The position numbers and the translations under genes were made by a program. This document shows, in pieces, positions 27,839 through 40,400 of a DNA stretch of 64,000 nucleotides. Origin of the DNA: Convolutriloba macropyga (taxonomy: Eukaryota); contig NC_134471.1 of assembly GCF_964194025.1 (NCBI RefSeq), forward strand, positions 31,558,001 to 31,622,000, written 5' to 3'. Each line of letters starts with the position of its first letter. Position 1 is the first letter of the stretch. Below the pieces are notes generated by a model. That model was not told where the DNA came from and did no database searches. It was given only the letters and a program-made list of their open reading frames with translations.

Positions 27839-30800
27839 ATGGCAACTATGTTCACTCGTGTTTGTAGCCGAGGTTTGGCAACATCTGCCGCCAGGGGATC
27901 CAAAGTGGCAGTGCTGGGAGCTGCCGGGGGTATTGGACAGCCTATGTCACTTCTATTGAAACAGGTATATTTTTCCCTGTTAATTGATTCTTAAGTTAAC
28001 CTGCAATAAACGAGTTGTGGGTTGTACGCTCTCTGGATTGTGATAGAAATGAAGTAATTGATGTGAAGTTTCAAAATGATAAAAGATCTTATGGGATTCT
28101 TGTTTCATTGTGCTAAGTGAAATCAAGCGATTGACAATTTAAGTGTTGAGCTTACATCCAAATCTATTTAAGGCTCCTGCAGTGTCACAACTGAACTTGT
28201 ACGACATCGTCAACACTCCAGGAGTAGCTGCAGACCTGAGTCATATCAATAGCAACGCCAAGGTCAAGTCCTACCAGGGGTCAGAACAACTTGATGATGC
28301 ATTGAAGGGCATGGACGTTGTTCTGATTCCAGCTGGTGTTCCTAGAAAACCAGGAATGACTAGAGATGATTTGTTCAACACCAACGCATCTATCGTCCAG
28401 ACATTGGCAGAAGCTTGCGCTAGAAGTTGCCCCGAAGCCATTTTGGGCATTATTGCGAACCCTGTGAATAGTACTGTTCCTATCACCGTCGAGGCATTCA
28501 AAAAGCACGGGGTAAGAAGTTCGTGGATTGCAACATTTTGATTGCGCATCTGTAGTATTGAGGGTTGCAGTTGTTGGTTTAATAGTCTTGTCTGGTGAAG
28601 TAAATAAAACAAGTAATCTTTTGAACATAATGTAGTCTTTCATGCAGCAAATCAAACTAAACGGCGACATCGAACATTAAAATTTTCCTTTCTTAGGAAG
28701 TCTGTGGGTGCAACTCGTTGCACTAAAAAATTTAGTTTATCATGTATGATAACTTAATTCTAATACTGAATTGTTTGAACAGCTTATGGGGCCTTTTCAA
28801 TTATTTAGTGTCGCAGCTGAGAAAAGATTTTTTCGGAATCTTTGATTTGAAACGGATTCAAAAAATTACATCCTCTTGTTTTACACCTGCTGGATGCGAT
28901 TCTAAAAAATTACAGGTGTACAATCCCAACAAAATCTTTGGTGTGACTACGTTGGATGTAGTGAGGGCCAACTGCTTTGTAGCTGAGCTGAAGGGATTCG
29001 ATGCTGATTCCACGCTCGTTCCTGTGGTTGGAGGACACGCTGGCAAGACCATCGTACCTCTAATTTCCCAGTCCAATCCCAAGGTCAGTGCTATTAACAG
29101 AAATTTTGTATAAAAAAAACGATTAAGAAAAATAAAAACATTGTAGCGTGACCATCGTTTCTGAAAATAAGAGGTTTTTTTCTAATTTTTTCATTAAAAT
29201 TGAGAAAATGATAGATATTAACATTTCCATAACATCGAATTTCCAATTGAAATTTGGTTAATGATCAATGACAGATTAAATTTCAATTCAAAATAAGAGG
29301 CGTTAAATTTTTACATGACAATCGTTTCTGGAAATAAAAGGTTATTTTATTAATAGCCGCGAAGTGATAGCGGCTATTATTGGGGAGATCGTAGTTTTTT
29401 ACAATTCAAAGAATTTGAATTGTATTGGGGCGCTGTCTTTTTCTTAAATCAGTTCACACATTTTCATGATTTTTCAAGTCATATTGGAGTAGTGATTTTG
29501 GTCACGCCGAAACAGGAAGTGGAGCGAAAAAGCGAGTGGTTTTGCGGCGTGAAATTTTTTCGCTCTAATTTTAAACTAGAGTGAGAAAACTGTATTTGAA
29601 CAAAGATTCGCTTTCTCGCTAGTGGTTTTTTGTTCACATGCGGCAATTTCACTTTGATTTTTCCTGTTTTTTTAGATTTTTTTAATATGTTTTTTTTTGT
29701 AAATTGTTTTTCCAATTCATTCATTGTTCATTCTAGACCTAGTTTTTTTGTTTGAACCAAATATCAATTGATTGCTATTGGTTTTTTGTTCACATACTGC
29801 ATTTTACATAGATTTTCTGATTTTCAATTGGTCTTGAACGAAGTTCATAGCATTTATTGTAAACGTGTTTCGTTTTTATGCAAATTTTTCGCTCGATAAT
29901 TTTGCGTTTTTCTTCTAGAACATTCTTTGACTTCTCAAGTGACTCTTTAGCGCTTTCGTTCTTCATTTTTGAGTGATGTCTATTGCTTACAAGTAAAACT
30001 TGTTGCTAATATGAAATCGGTTGCAGCATAGCAGAGGTACGTAATTCGTAGCGCAGTGGTTATTGCGGGTGGTTGTGAATTGGGAGGTCAGTGGTTTGAA
30101 TCCCGGCAGGGGAAAGGTTTTTGCACCCATAAAAAAATTCATCTAGGCTACAGCCCCTGAATTAAGTTGCCTCGCCTGTCGCTCAAGAGCAATTCTTCCG
30201 ACATTTGTCGGTTTATGTTTTTTTCGATCTGATTTTTTTAGAAATGGTTTTCCTCATTTCACTCATAGTCTTTTCTAGCTCTAATTTTTTGTGTAGTCAA
30301 TGACAGTTCTTGTCAAAATTTTACGTGAGGACTTGTCCTTCTATCTTTAATTCGTCGTCTCCATCGATTATTCTTACGACCCGACTTGGAATTGACTTTT
30401 GCACTGACTTCAGTGACTTCTACTGCTTTGCAAATAAAATTTGTGTACGTGACGTCATTTCTGCTTTAAGGTCGATTGCGTGACTTACCTCACTCAAAAA
30501 AATTACTTCTGAACTCCCTTATGAAACTTTAATTTTTATGAACAATTACTAGTGAAAGATCAATAGTATGCATCTAAGTAATGCCAAACTTATATGCCCT
30601 ATTTCTTGAGTATTTGTCTTGAGTTTTTGATTTCGAATATCAATGTTGAAAAAGCTGTGTTAGGCCCTTTTCTTATAGACCGTATGTGTCATAAAATTGA
30701 CAGTCCCAATTTAACCCAAAAATTGTGGTCTATTAAAGGACTGGTGGGCGATCTGTCTATCTTATTTCTTTAGTTGTTTCAATTCATGGAAGGCTGCAAG

Positions 30801-33800
30801 CGTCTATTGCGGCTATTTTCCGGCAATCTGCTATCTATGTTTAATTTCATCATTATTATGGAGAAAATAATAGATAATAATAGATAAATAGTAATGTGAG
30901 TGCGATAACAGACAGCAGTGTTAAATCTTAAGTATATAATTGCTGAAGTTGGCGTTCTGGATAGTTGCTCTTTAGTTTCTCTCAGAAAAGCTTGGGGCAA
31001 TTATTAAAAACGTGTCTTTCTGATATAAGTTTTTTGCTTGACCTTTTGCGCTTTTCTAGAATATTCTTTCACTTCTCAAGTTACTTTTTCACGCCTGTCT
31101 TCTTTTATCGTGATCTGAATTGCTCTTGTTGTTTATTTGAGATCTTGTGCTGAATCTGTTGTGCTGCCTTTTATATTGAAAGTTTTATCATACTTGGCTC
31201 ACTCATGTCACTAAACATTACTTTTGCTTTTAGAATATTTCTGGTTTAAGGACGATATATGTTATACGAACTCGGTTGTTCTAATGTCTATTACTTCGAA
31301 GTCAATTAAATGAGGATGGAATTGCAATTCAGAAATATAGTTATTTTGCCTTTGACTTCTACTGTCTGTTTTGTGGCTATTTGCTCACAATTTGCCAGCT
31401 ATGTTAAGAGATTGTGATGTGCATTTTTATCTAAATTTGTGAGTTCAATTAAATTATGGACAGAAAGTTCTAACTATGCTCTTTAGTTTCTATATGTGGA
31501 AAATTCTATAAATTTTAGTCATGCATGATTTCGTCTCTTTTGTATCAATTAAATTCGAACTTATGTTTTCAGCAAATATACGCAAATACGTTCAAGTTCA
31601 AAAGGCAAAATCATACGAATGGGAACCGAAAAACCTGGACACTGAAACTTTATATATTAAAACTTAGTTCATTAAGTTTTTAACGTTCCTTAGAGCATGA
31701 TGCTAACTGATATTAGTAAAAATAAAGAGACTCGGTAATGTGCCTTTGCACATGATGTTCCGAACCCGCTCATCTACATTTTGACAGTTCGAAATTTTTT
31801 GAAATCATTTGACTTCAAAAGTTATTATAACCATCAGCTTTCAACATAAGAATACTAGATTTATTCACAATTACCTGTTTGAGAAGCGAACATCACTTGT
31901 CTTTGGTGACACTAACGCTTAGAACTAAAAAATAAGTATAGGCAAGACTCACAATTAAATTATGAAAACACTGTTTTTAAGCATTTACTAAAATTGTTAT
32001 GTTTCATTAAGTGGGCCTCCTTTCAACAGCAACGGGCCTGTTGTGATTTTGTGACAAAACACCAGAAAGAAACCACAAATACAGGCAAAAATAAAATTTT
32101 GTGTGAAAACACCCAGTATCTGTAGGAAAACCATTTATTAAAAGATATAAACCGCTTTCCGTCTAACTTTGCTGTTTTCGAAAGAAAGTGGACCTGTCAT
32201 TAATAAGAAAAGGCTACAATTTGACAGAAATCGGTTTAAAAATGTCGGAATGTTCTAAAATTCTTTGATATATTTTTTAATCAAATATATTCAATATCAT
32301 CAGCCATTAGTTAAAAGTAAATTTTATTTTTGTTTCTTTAAAAAGAAAATGTAACTATTCAATGATTAGAGTAAGCTACAATCAGACAGAAATAAGGTTA
32401 AAAAGGTGGCGAAGATCAAAAGTTCCTGGATAGTTATTAGAAATAATTTTAATGTCATATGAGACATTGGTTATTAACTGAAAACTTTCATTAGTCTCAC
32501 TAATACATCTTTAGATAGCGAATTGGACCTTTGAATATTCAGACAATATGTTGGCAAGGGTTAGGAATTCATAAATTCTTTGCGAAAACAATTTGAAGGA
32601 GCCATAAAAACGGTGATGTTACCCTCAACACATTTGTTCATCGAACGTTATAAGATCTCTTATTAATTGGAAGTTCTATTAAAAGCAGTTTTGTCTGAAT
32701 GTTGGGTTTAAAAAATTACAAAAAGATTTGAAAAAGGGACACCGACCTATTATAATCCAAATCTTTTCCCCGTTGTGAAAATTCACCATGGGACAAAAAA
32801 TGGCGTTGCTATCGCTGAGCGTCTGCTAAACAAAATCTTTTTGGATAATGATGCATTTTGGATAATTTTTGATTTAAACTTCGAAAGCCTGGAAAATTGT
32901 TCCAGAACATTTGCATACGAATTGGAGGTAAAGAAGACCTCATCGTAGTATGCTTAAATTGTGTCAGTAGTTTATATGGCTGTACTATCTGTAAATCTGG
33001 ACAAAGTGGGCTAAAGAAGCATATTTGTTGCTTTTTCATTAAAAAAATGATAATGAATTTTCAAAAGTTGAGCCAAATTTGTAGCTAAACGAGTCGGTCC
33101 AAACAATTCAGCCAATTGGCTTTATATTTAAAGGTAAATTCATTAACACTATATTCAACATTTGTATCATAATTTTAGCGAAATTTGAGCAATATGAACA
33201 AAACGCGGAAAACGTGAACAAAGCGGAAATGAGGCTAAGGTTCAAAAAATTTTAATCCTTGATTACTCCTAGGAAAAAAGCGAAATTCAAGAAGTTTTAA
33301 TTTGATATTCTACGCTTGAAAAGCGTTCTAATGAAACCACTCACAACTCTGTAACGATGCACATATCTATCGACGAAAATTGATTGAACCAAAAAAACAA
33401 TACCGCATACAGTTCCTCCTCCCGCCACTAAGTTGGGATCAGAACAAAAAAATCTTATGCTACAGATGCTAGCTCGCCATGTTTAATGAATCTTATAAAG
33501 CTATGGACGACATTAGAAAACTTTGAGATTTCGTCAAAACAAAAGGCTGTCAATTTGTAACTTTTTTTACCCTGAATCAATCGGAACTTCGGTTACATGA
33601 AAATAGAAGATATTCCGTTTCTGTCTATATGTTTATAAATAAGCCTCGGTGAATAGCAAATGTGTGCTTACTTTTTGCGATTTGACTTATTAGGCTGAAT
33701 TCGACCAAGAGACCCTTGACGCATTGACTCACAGAATTCAGTTTGGAGGCGATGAGGTTGTGAAAGCCAAGGATGGTGCAGGATCTGCAACCCTTTCAAT

Positions 33801-34062
33801 GGCATTTGCGGGTGCCAAGTGGGCTTTCTCAGTTTTGAGAGCTCTGGCTGGTGAAGCAGGAGTTGTTGAATGCTCTTATGTTGAGTCAACTATCACGGAT
33901 GCTAAATATTTCTCGACGCCAATCCAGTTTAATAAAGATGGTATGGAAAAGAACCTTGGATTGCCTTCTGGAATCACTAAATTTGAGGAGGAATTGATCG
34001 CGGCTGCGGTTCCTGAATTGCAGGCCAGCATTAAGAAGGGAGAGGAGTTTGCGCACAAGTAG
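27839..34062 (+). CDS. MDH2: Mitochondrial malate dehydrogenase, exons 27839-27964, 28173-28511, 28916-29083, 33694-34062; 333 aa
   Basis: Presequence [85 protein letters not shown]. All three introns are phase 0 GT-AG; AATAAA at 34085. Confidence 0.97.
29351..30839 (+). mobile_element. Nested Helentron-like stack A[D[C]]: D 29400-30345, C 29826-30217
   Basis: TAATAGCCGCGAAGTGATAGCGGCTATTA is followed by the D 5' end at a T-run. C 3' GAGCAATT+CCGACATTTGTCGG; degenerate D 3'; A 3' GCGGCTATTTTCCGGCAATCTGC. Confidence 0.8.
30042..30113 (+). pseudogene. tRNA-derived segment (A/B box) inside a family C element
   Basis: A box TAGCGCAGTGG 30049-30059 and B box GGTTTGAATCC 30093-30103 with tRNA-like spacing; acceptor and anticodon stems do not pair well. 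Confidence 0.65.
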
Positions 34063-34453
34063 AAGGCTTGTTTGAAGTCACTGAAATAAAATTTATTCAT
34101 GAGAATGGCTATAACTGATTTTACTCGAAGTAATGATTGCACATATTTTAATCAAAAGCTGGCAGGTGATATCTGATGATAAATCTGAAATTGAAACTAA
34201 CTATGTTTAAAGCCTTCTTTCGGAAAAAAAAACTTAAACTTGTCAAGTGTGTTTGGTAAAGGTTCGAAAGTTCTTGGAAAATGAGAAAATTGGTTTCAGA
34301 TATGAGTACATACATCGCTCATAATTTAGTTCCGGAGTGCACTGTGACATCAAATATATTGAAAGCCCTTAGCAAACGGATTCCGGACATTGAGATTAAC
34401 GTTTTTCGTATTTCAGAGTTCTGAATGTTTTCCTACATCCAGTTTTGTGAGCA

Positions 34454-37400
34454 ATGACAGCTAATCCAGATCTGATTAAAAGTGTACTCGTGGAGCTTCT
34501 TGGAAAGGGACATAACGCTTTGAAATCAACCCCAGTCAGAAACGAACCGAAGCAATTGAAAAACCATGATGAAGAACGCAATAAAATAGACCACGATATT
34601 GAAGATAATTCGGATGCCTTTCCTTGCAGAGAAAGCCTCCAAGATTATTTAATCGAAGCCACTGGAGAATTTCATTTACAAGTCACCCGTTTCCAAAATG
34701 AAGGCGAAGGAAATTACGAGGCTGAAGTGAAGTTCCCGTGTGACACCATAGAGTACATGTACTCGTGGGTCGAAGATTTTGAGCGTGCTACTCGGTGTGT
34801 GTTACGACCGAAGCAAGTCGAAAGAGGGGCTCCGACGCCTATACTGAATATCCACAAGGCAAGGCAAAGATGTGCTTTAAAGAGTCTCGAACGACGAGTG
34901 CGGTAAGTAAGAATTATTCTTCGATAAACAGTTTAGTTCCGGAAGGAAAAGGTTTTGATAACCAGGAACATAAGTCTTAATCACTAGAAATCTGAAGTCT
35001 CAGGCACTAGGAACAAGTCTTGTGATCCAAAGGGAAATGGACAGCGTTTCACTCAATGCTTGCAGCTGCTTTTAATTAGATTTCCTCGCATGGCTTTAGT
35101 AATAGATGTCACAGTATGAAGTGACTGCATTGTCATGTCAGAGATTATAATATTTCAGGCCTGATGGCACCATACAATACGAGAGTGTAGACTGTTATGC
35201 CGGTGTCACGATGAGTCTAAGGAAAGATGGATTTGCTCACATCTCAATTGACATGGTACATAATCACAGTCTCAAAGGTTGGCCATTGCTTAAATGTCCA
35301 ATTGCTTCAAAACACTTGACTTTTCATCTTGCGATACGATAACTGAAAAGCTGAGATAGCGATAGCCGATCAGAGCTATTTTTGGCCTTTGTTTTCTTTC
35401 TCACGAATGGACTAGGAGTGTTGGTTTTCCTGAGTTTTTTTACTGGAAGTACAGGTGTGTTCAGGGTGACCTTAATGCAAACGTGAGTAAAATGGCTGTA
35501 TAGATTAATTTTTGCTGAGCGAGAGAAGGTTTTGTTCATGCGCTGCGTTGAGTGACTGACTCTGACTTCAATTTTTTTAATGCATAGTGCACAATGTTTA
35601 GCCTACTTTTGTCCATTTGGATCATTTTTTTGTTGTTGGGTTTTTATCTGTGCTGCATTATTATGTAACTCTATGGAAAAGATAATAGTGTTTTTGAGAA
35701 CCTAATAATGCGTTTAAGTGCAAAATCGGCTCACGTGCCCAATTTTTCCATTTTTGGCGTTCACAATAATTTCTGTTTTGAAGATATTTGAACGGATTTT
35801 GTTTTATTTTTACCCGAAGATGGCAATGTAAGTTTTATGAAGTTGCGAGGTTAAAAAAAATCTATCTTTCTATCTTTTAAAATTAATATTTGTTTTTAGT
35901 TCTCAAAATGTGAAGATAACGTTTCCTTTTTACAATGTGTCCTTTTTTACAATGTGTCCGTTACCTTCACATTCTATCATTTGGTACCTTTTCTTTTCTT
36001 CTAATTGTCAATGGTGAGTTGATTTGAAATTTTATTGGCTCTACCTTAATGAGTTCATAATAAATTTTAACCTTTTTTTCCGTACATTTTTTGTTTATTA
36101 TTGATTCCAACTAATGTAATGCAATGCAGTTCTGAGAACGTGTTGAACTTAATATTGCGAAATGATTGATTTTTATATTCTGAGAAATCCGTTGCGAACT
36201 AGGTTTTGGTAATTAACGAGTTCATGCTTATGAGTGTTTATCTGTTCCTTTTCTGTTTCCGGATGAATTTAAATTCTCAAAATTTTCAATGAAATAAAAT
36301 TCATTTTATCAAAGATTAATCCAAAAAGAGATCAAAATGCCAAAAATTAGTATTACCTTTAAGTTTAGAAGCTGAATAAGTATAGCTTTAGAATCCACCT
36401 GAGACTGCACGCCAAATTAGAAAACTTTTTACACTGAAAAAAAAAACAGAAAAAATTCGGTCAATGCATCTTTTTCTTTTTTCTTTGTTTCAATCCCGAT
36501 GTGCATCAAGCGCGTCAACGGTGGCTATTTTCCGGCAATCTGCCGGCTATTTTATCGTGGAACCCAAAATATTGTTTAAATTTTTAAAATTCAGTTCTAA
36601 GATTATTATTTATTTAATGCCCTTTCAATGTCTTTTGTGCCTCAACGTTAATTGAGTTCTGAATTTTTGATACCGGTTTTTGTGCAGCAATTTCTAGAAT
36701 TTCCCATTTTTATGTTGTTGAATTCTTGTCCATCTTCCTTTTTGAATTGTTTCTGAATAATTTGGTAAACATTTTCTATTTTTGCTTGCTTCAATGATTT
36801 TAATGCAAATTTATTTCATTTTCTCAGGGGTAAAATTTCGATCACCTATTTTTAATAATGATGTGGTAACGGATGATTTTTTCCAGACGATAAAGAAAAG
36901 TTTTGAATGCAGGGACATTTCGGTTTTTCTGGAAATTCAGCCTTTTCGAGTCTCTGCCGGACTTCTAACTTTTCTTGCCGACATTTTTGTCACAATTTTC
37001 AGACGTCACGCGCACTTCAAGTCAGTTCATATTCATTCTTTCATGAAATTTGCAGAGTTGTTCTTGGCGTAGTTTTCTCAGTAATTGGAGCAAGTTCTGT
37101 TCATTGGCGTGAATAAGTTTGTCACACTTGACTTGCCGCACTCTCAAAATGTTTTTCTTCTCAAATTTATATTTGCTAACTTTTATTGTTTTAAATTAGT
37201 TTAAATAAGTCCTAATCACTTTCTTGTCAATAGAGGTAGCATAGCTATTCTCCGGCAATCTGCCATCTATGTTAAGAACATAGGGCGTTGAGTCTGCAGA
37301 AATTCTTAGAGCTCTTCTAGCTTCTAAGTATGGGGCTCACAGAAACTGCGCAGGAGGCAAGTTCATGGTTTGATGGGTAATTCTGACACTTTGGTTTGTG

Positions 37401-40400
37401 GAGTTCTGTAGACTCTTAGAAACAAAATGTGGTGCTGTTTTGGACTAATTTGTTTTTACATAAAAGTTCAATGCGGACTGAAGTAATTTTTATCGATTTT
37501 TTCTGAAGTTCGAATGTTTTGGTTATGGAAGAATCTTATTTATATCTCAACTGCAGTATTTGTCTGACACATGGCGGAATAATTAATTTGATATCTGTAA
37601 TGATTTTTGAAGTCAAATGGTGTAGTGATTTTGGTCACGCCGAAACAGGAAATGGAGCGAAACAGTGAGTGGTTTTGAGGCTTGAAATGTTTTCACTTAA
37701 ATTATTTATAAGTAGAGTGAAAAAACGTTGATCGAACAAAAATTCGCTTGTGGTTTTTGTTCACATGCGGCATTTTGACTTTGATTTTTACTGTTTTCCC
37801 CCAATCCATCCATAGTCCAATCTTGAACTAGTTTTTGGTCAGTCCATGAAAATTCTTTGAACTGTTTCAGAACTTGTCGTGCTGTTTTAATTCGCTTTGC
37901 CTTTTGATTACGTTTTTCGTTTTACATAAGTTACGATTTTCACGTTTGACTCGTGACTTACTTTATCATTGCTTCAACTAAATGAATAATAAATCCTTTC
38001 ACTCATTGAATTACGCAATGTAGTGAATACTATCAATGTCAGAAGAGCAAAATTAAGAGAAACGGGATAAACCGATAATTTCCGGTCATCAAGTCATCTC
38101 GCATTAGGGTATCAAAGTTTATTAGAGCCATTGCTAGCTGACATTAGTCTTAAGCCTAAAAGCTTTGATTTTGTAGTTGATTAAAATCTGCTCTTTTTAG
38201 TTGTTTAAATTCTGCTGTTGTCACAAATTTTATTAGTTTTCTAGCTCTTGAAGTTTTTAATCATAAATTACTGTTACTGCACGTAACTTTTTTTTATTGA
38301 CAAATCCTGGAAATGTTTTGAATCATTGGTTTGTGCCCTTTTCTTGAGACCATTTGATGAAGTTAATTTTTTTGGTTCTGCTGCAACATTCTGAAGGCCT
38401 ATCAGACTTCAATTTTTAAACTTTGATTATTTTTTTTTTGGTCCAGGAGGTTGTTGACAAGAGGTGTTGTCGGAAAATTTTGCAAACGCACATTAATGAG
38501 TCGCCTTGTTTCGCTACATTGTCAAACGTACCAACTGTTTGATGATCCAGATGTTATTCGTTATAAGTCCTGCTCGCAAATTTTCTGTTTGTTATTAGTC
38601 GCGAAGCGATAGCGGCTATTATCGGGGACAGCGTGGTTTTTTACAATTCAAAGAACTTGAATTGTATTGGGGCGCTGTCTTTTTTTCTTTCAGATCTGTT
38701 CACACATTTTCATGATTTTTGAAGTCAAATTGGAGTAGTGATTTTGGTCACCATGAAACAGGAAGTGGAGCGAAAAAGCGATTGGTTTTGCGGCGTGAAT
38801 GTTTTTCGATCTATTTTTAAAGTAGAGTGAGAAAACGGTGTTTGAACTAAAATTCGCTTTCTCGGTAGTGGTTTTTTGTTCACATGCGGCAATTTCACTT
38901 TGATTTCTTACTGTTTTTTCGATATTTTAGATCAGATTTTTTTCCAATCCAATCGTAGTTCATTCTAGACCTAGTTTTTTGTTTGAACCAAATTTCCATT
39001 TCTCGCTAATGGTTTTTTTGTTCACATGCGGCTTTTTTACATTGATTTTCTGTTTTTTTTTATTTTTATCTGATTTTTTTGGAAATGGTTTTCCCAATTC
39101 GCTCATAATCCGTTCTAGGTCTAGTTTTTTGCTTAGTCAATGAAAATTCTTTGAATGCTTCAGGACTTGTCCTGCTATGTTTTTTCAATTCGTCGTCTCC
39201 ATCGATGATTCTTACGACCTGACTTCTTGAAAGTGACTTTTTCAATGACTTCAGCGACTTCTACTGCTTTGCAGATAAAATTTTTGTGCGTGACGTCATT
39301 TCTGCTTTTAGGTGAATTGCGTGACTTACCTCACTCAAAAAATGACTTCTGAACTCACTTATGGATTTTTAAGTTTTATGAACATTTACTAGTAAAGATC
39401 AGTAGTGTGCATCTAAGTAGTGTCAAACTTATATGCCCTAATTCTTTAGTATTATAGTCTTGAGTTTTTTATTTCGAATATTAATTTTGAAAAAGCGCCG
39501 CTAGGGCTTTTTCCTTTTAGAGCGTATGTGTCTCAAAAAAAAGGACAGGCCGAATCCAACCCAGAAAGTTTGGTCTATTAGAGGACTGGTGGTCAATCTG
39601 TCTATCTTATTTCTTTAGTTGTTTAAATTCCCTGGAATGCCACAAGCGTCTATCGCGGCTATTTTCCGGCAATCTGTCGGCTATGTTTTTAAATTGTCGT
39701 CTGCATCAAATTTGTTGCGACCATCTAATCAAGTGGAAAAGTATTTGATTACGCAGAAGTAGTAATTTTGTTTAGTAGCTTCCTATTTTTCTCAGTTACT
39801 CGAAATGTGTTCAGATGACGCGAAAATCTGGTCAACGCCTCACATTTCTTCTAAGCAAAAGCAGTTCATGGTAGATCTGTTCAAGGCTGGTCTTACTCCA
39901 GTGCAGATTTTGGATTACCTGAAGAGCACGCCTGTGAGTGCCGGAGAGGAAAGCTTCCCTGTCGCGTCCGGGCAGTGTTCGGCCATCAACAGAGATGGAT
40001 TTACTTGGCCAAACAGTTTGAGAAAGCTCACCTACCACCAGGTATGTTTAAAATTTGTATTGTTCACATAGCTGACGAGTGTAATATTTTTGAGTTTAAT
40101 CTCCTGCGTCTTGCTAATTGGTGCTGTTATTTGACCTCTCAAGAAGTTAGGTTTCTTTACTAAAATAATGAGTGCTCGGATAAAGAGGTAATGGTTCCAC
40201 GTCAGTCTAGATCTCTCAAAATTATCAAACTTAGGAGCTTTGGTATGATGTCATTTGTGATGTCTTGTAAAGCAGAGATGTTTTGTTTTTAGGTATACCA
40301 TACGTTCAAAAAATTCAAACAACAGAGCGTAGAGCAGAAGAAAAATCTTTTCGAGATGCGCAGTCGGTTGGAGAAAGAACTGGACATGCTCAAGATGAGA

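Noticed and set aside
28271-28670. Antisense ORFs over MDH2 exons
   Set aside because: Shadow frames of a conserved coding sequence.
30042-30113. Functional tRNA gene
   Set aside because: Acceptor and anticodon stems do not pair and it is embedded in a repeat; kept only as tRNA-derived.
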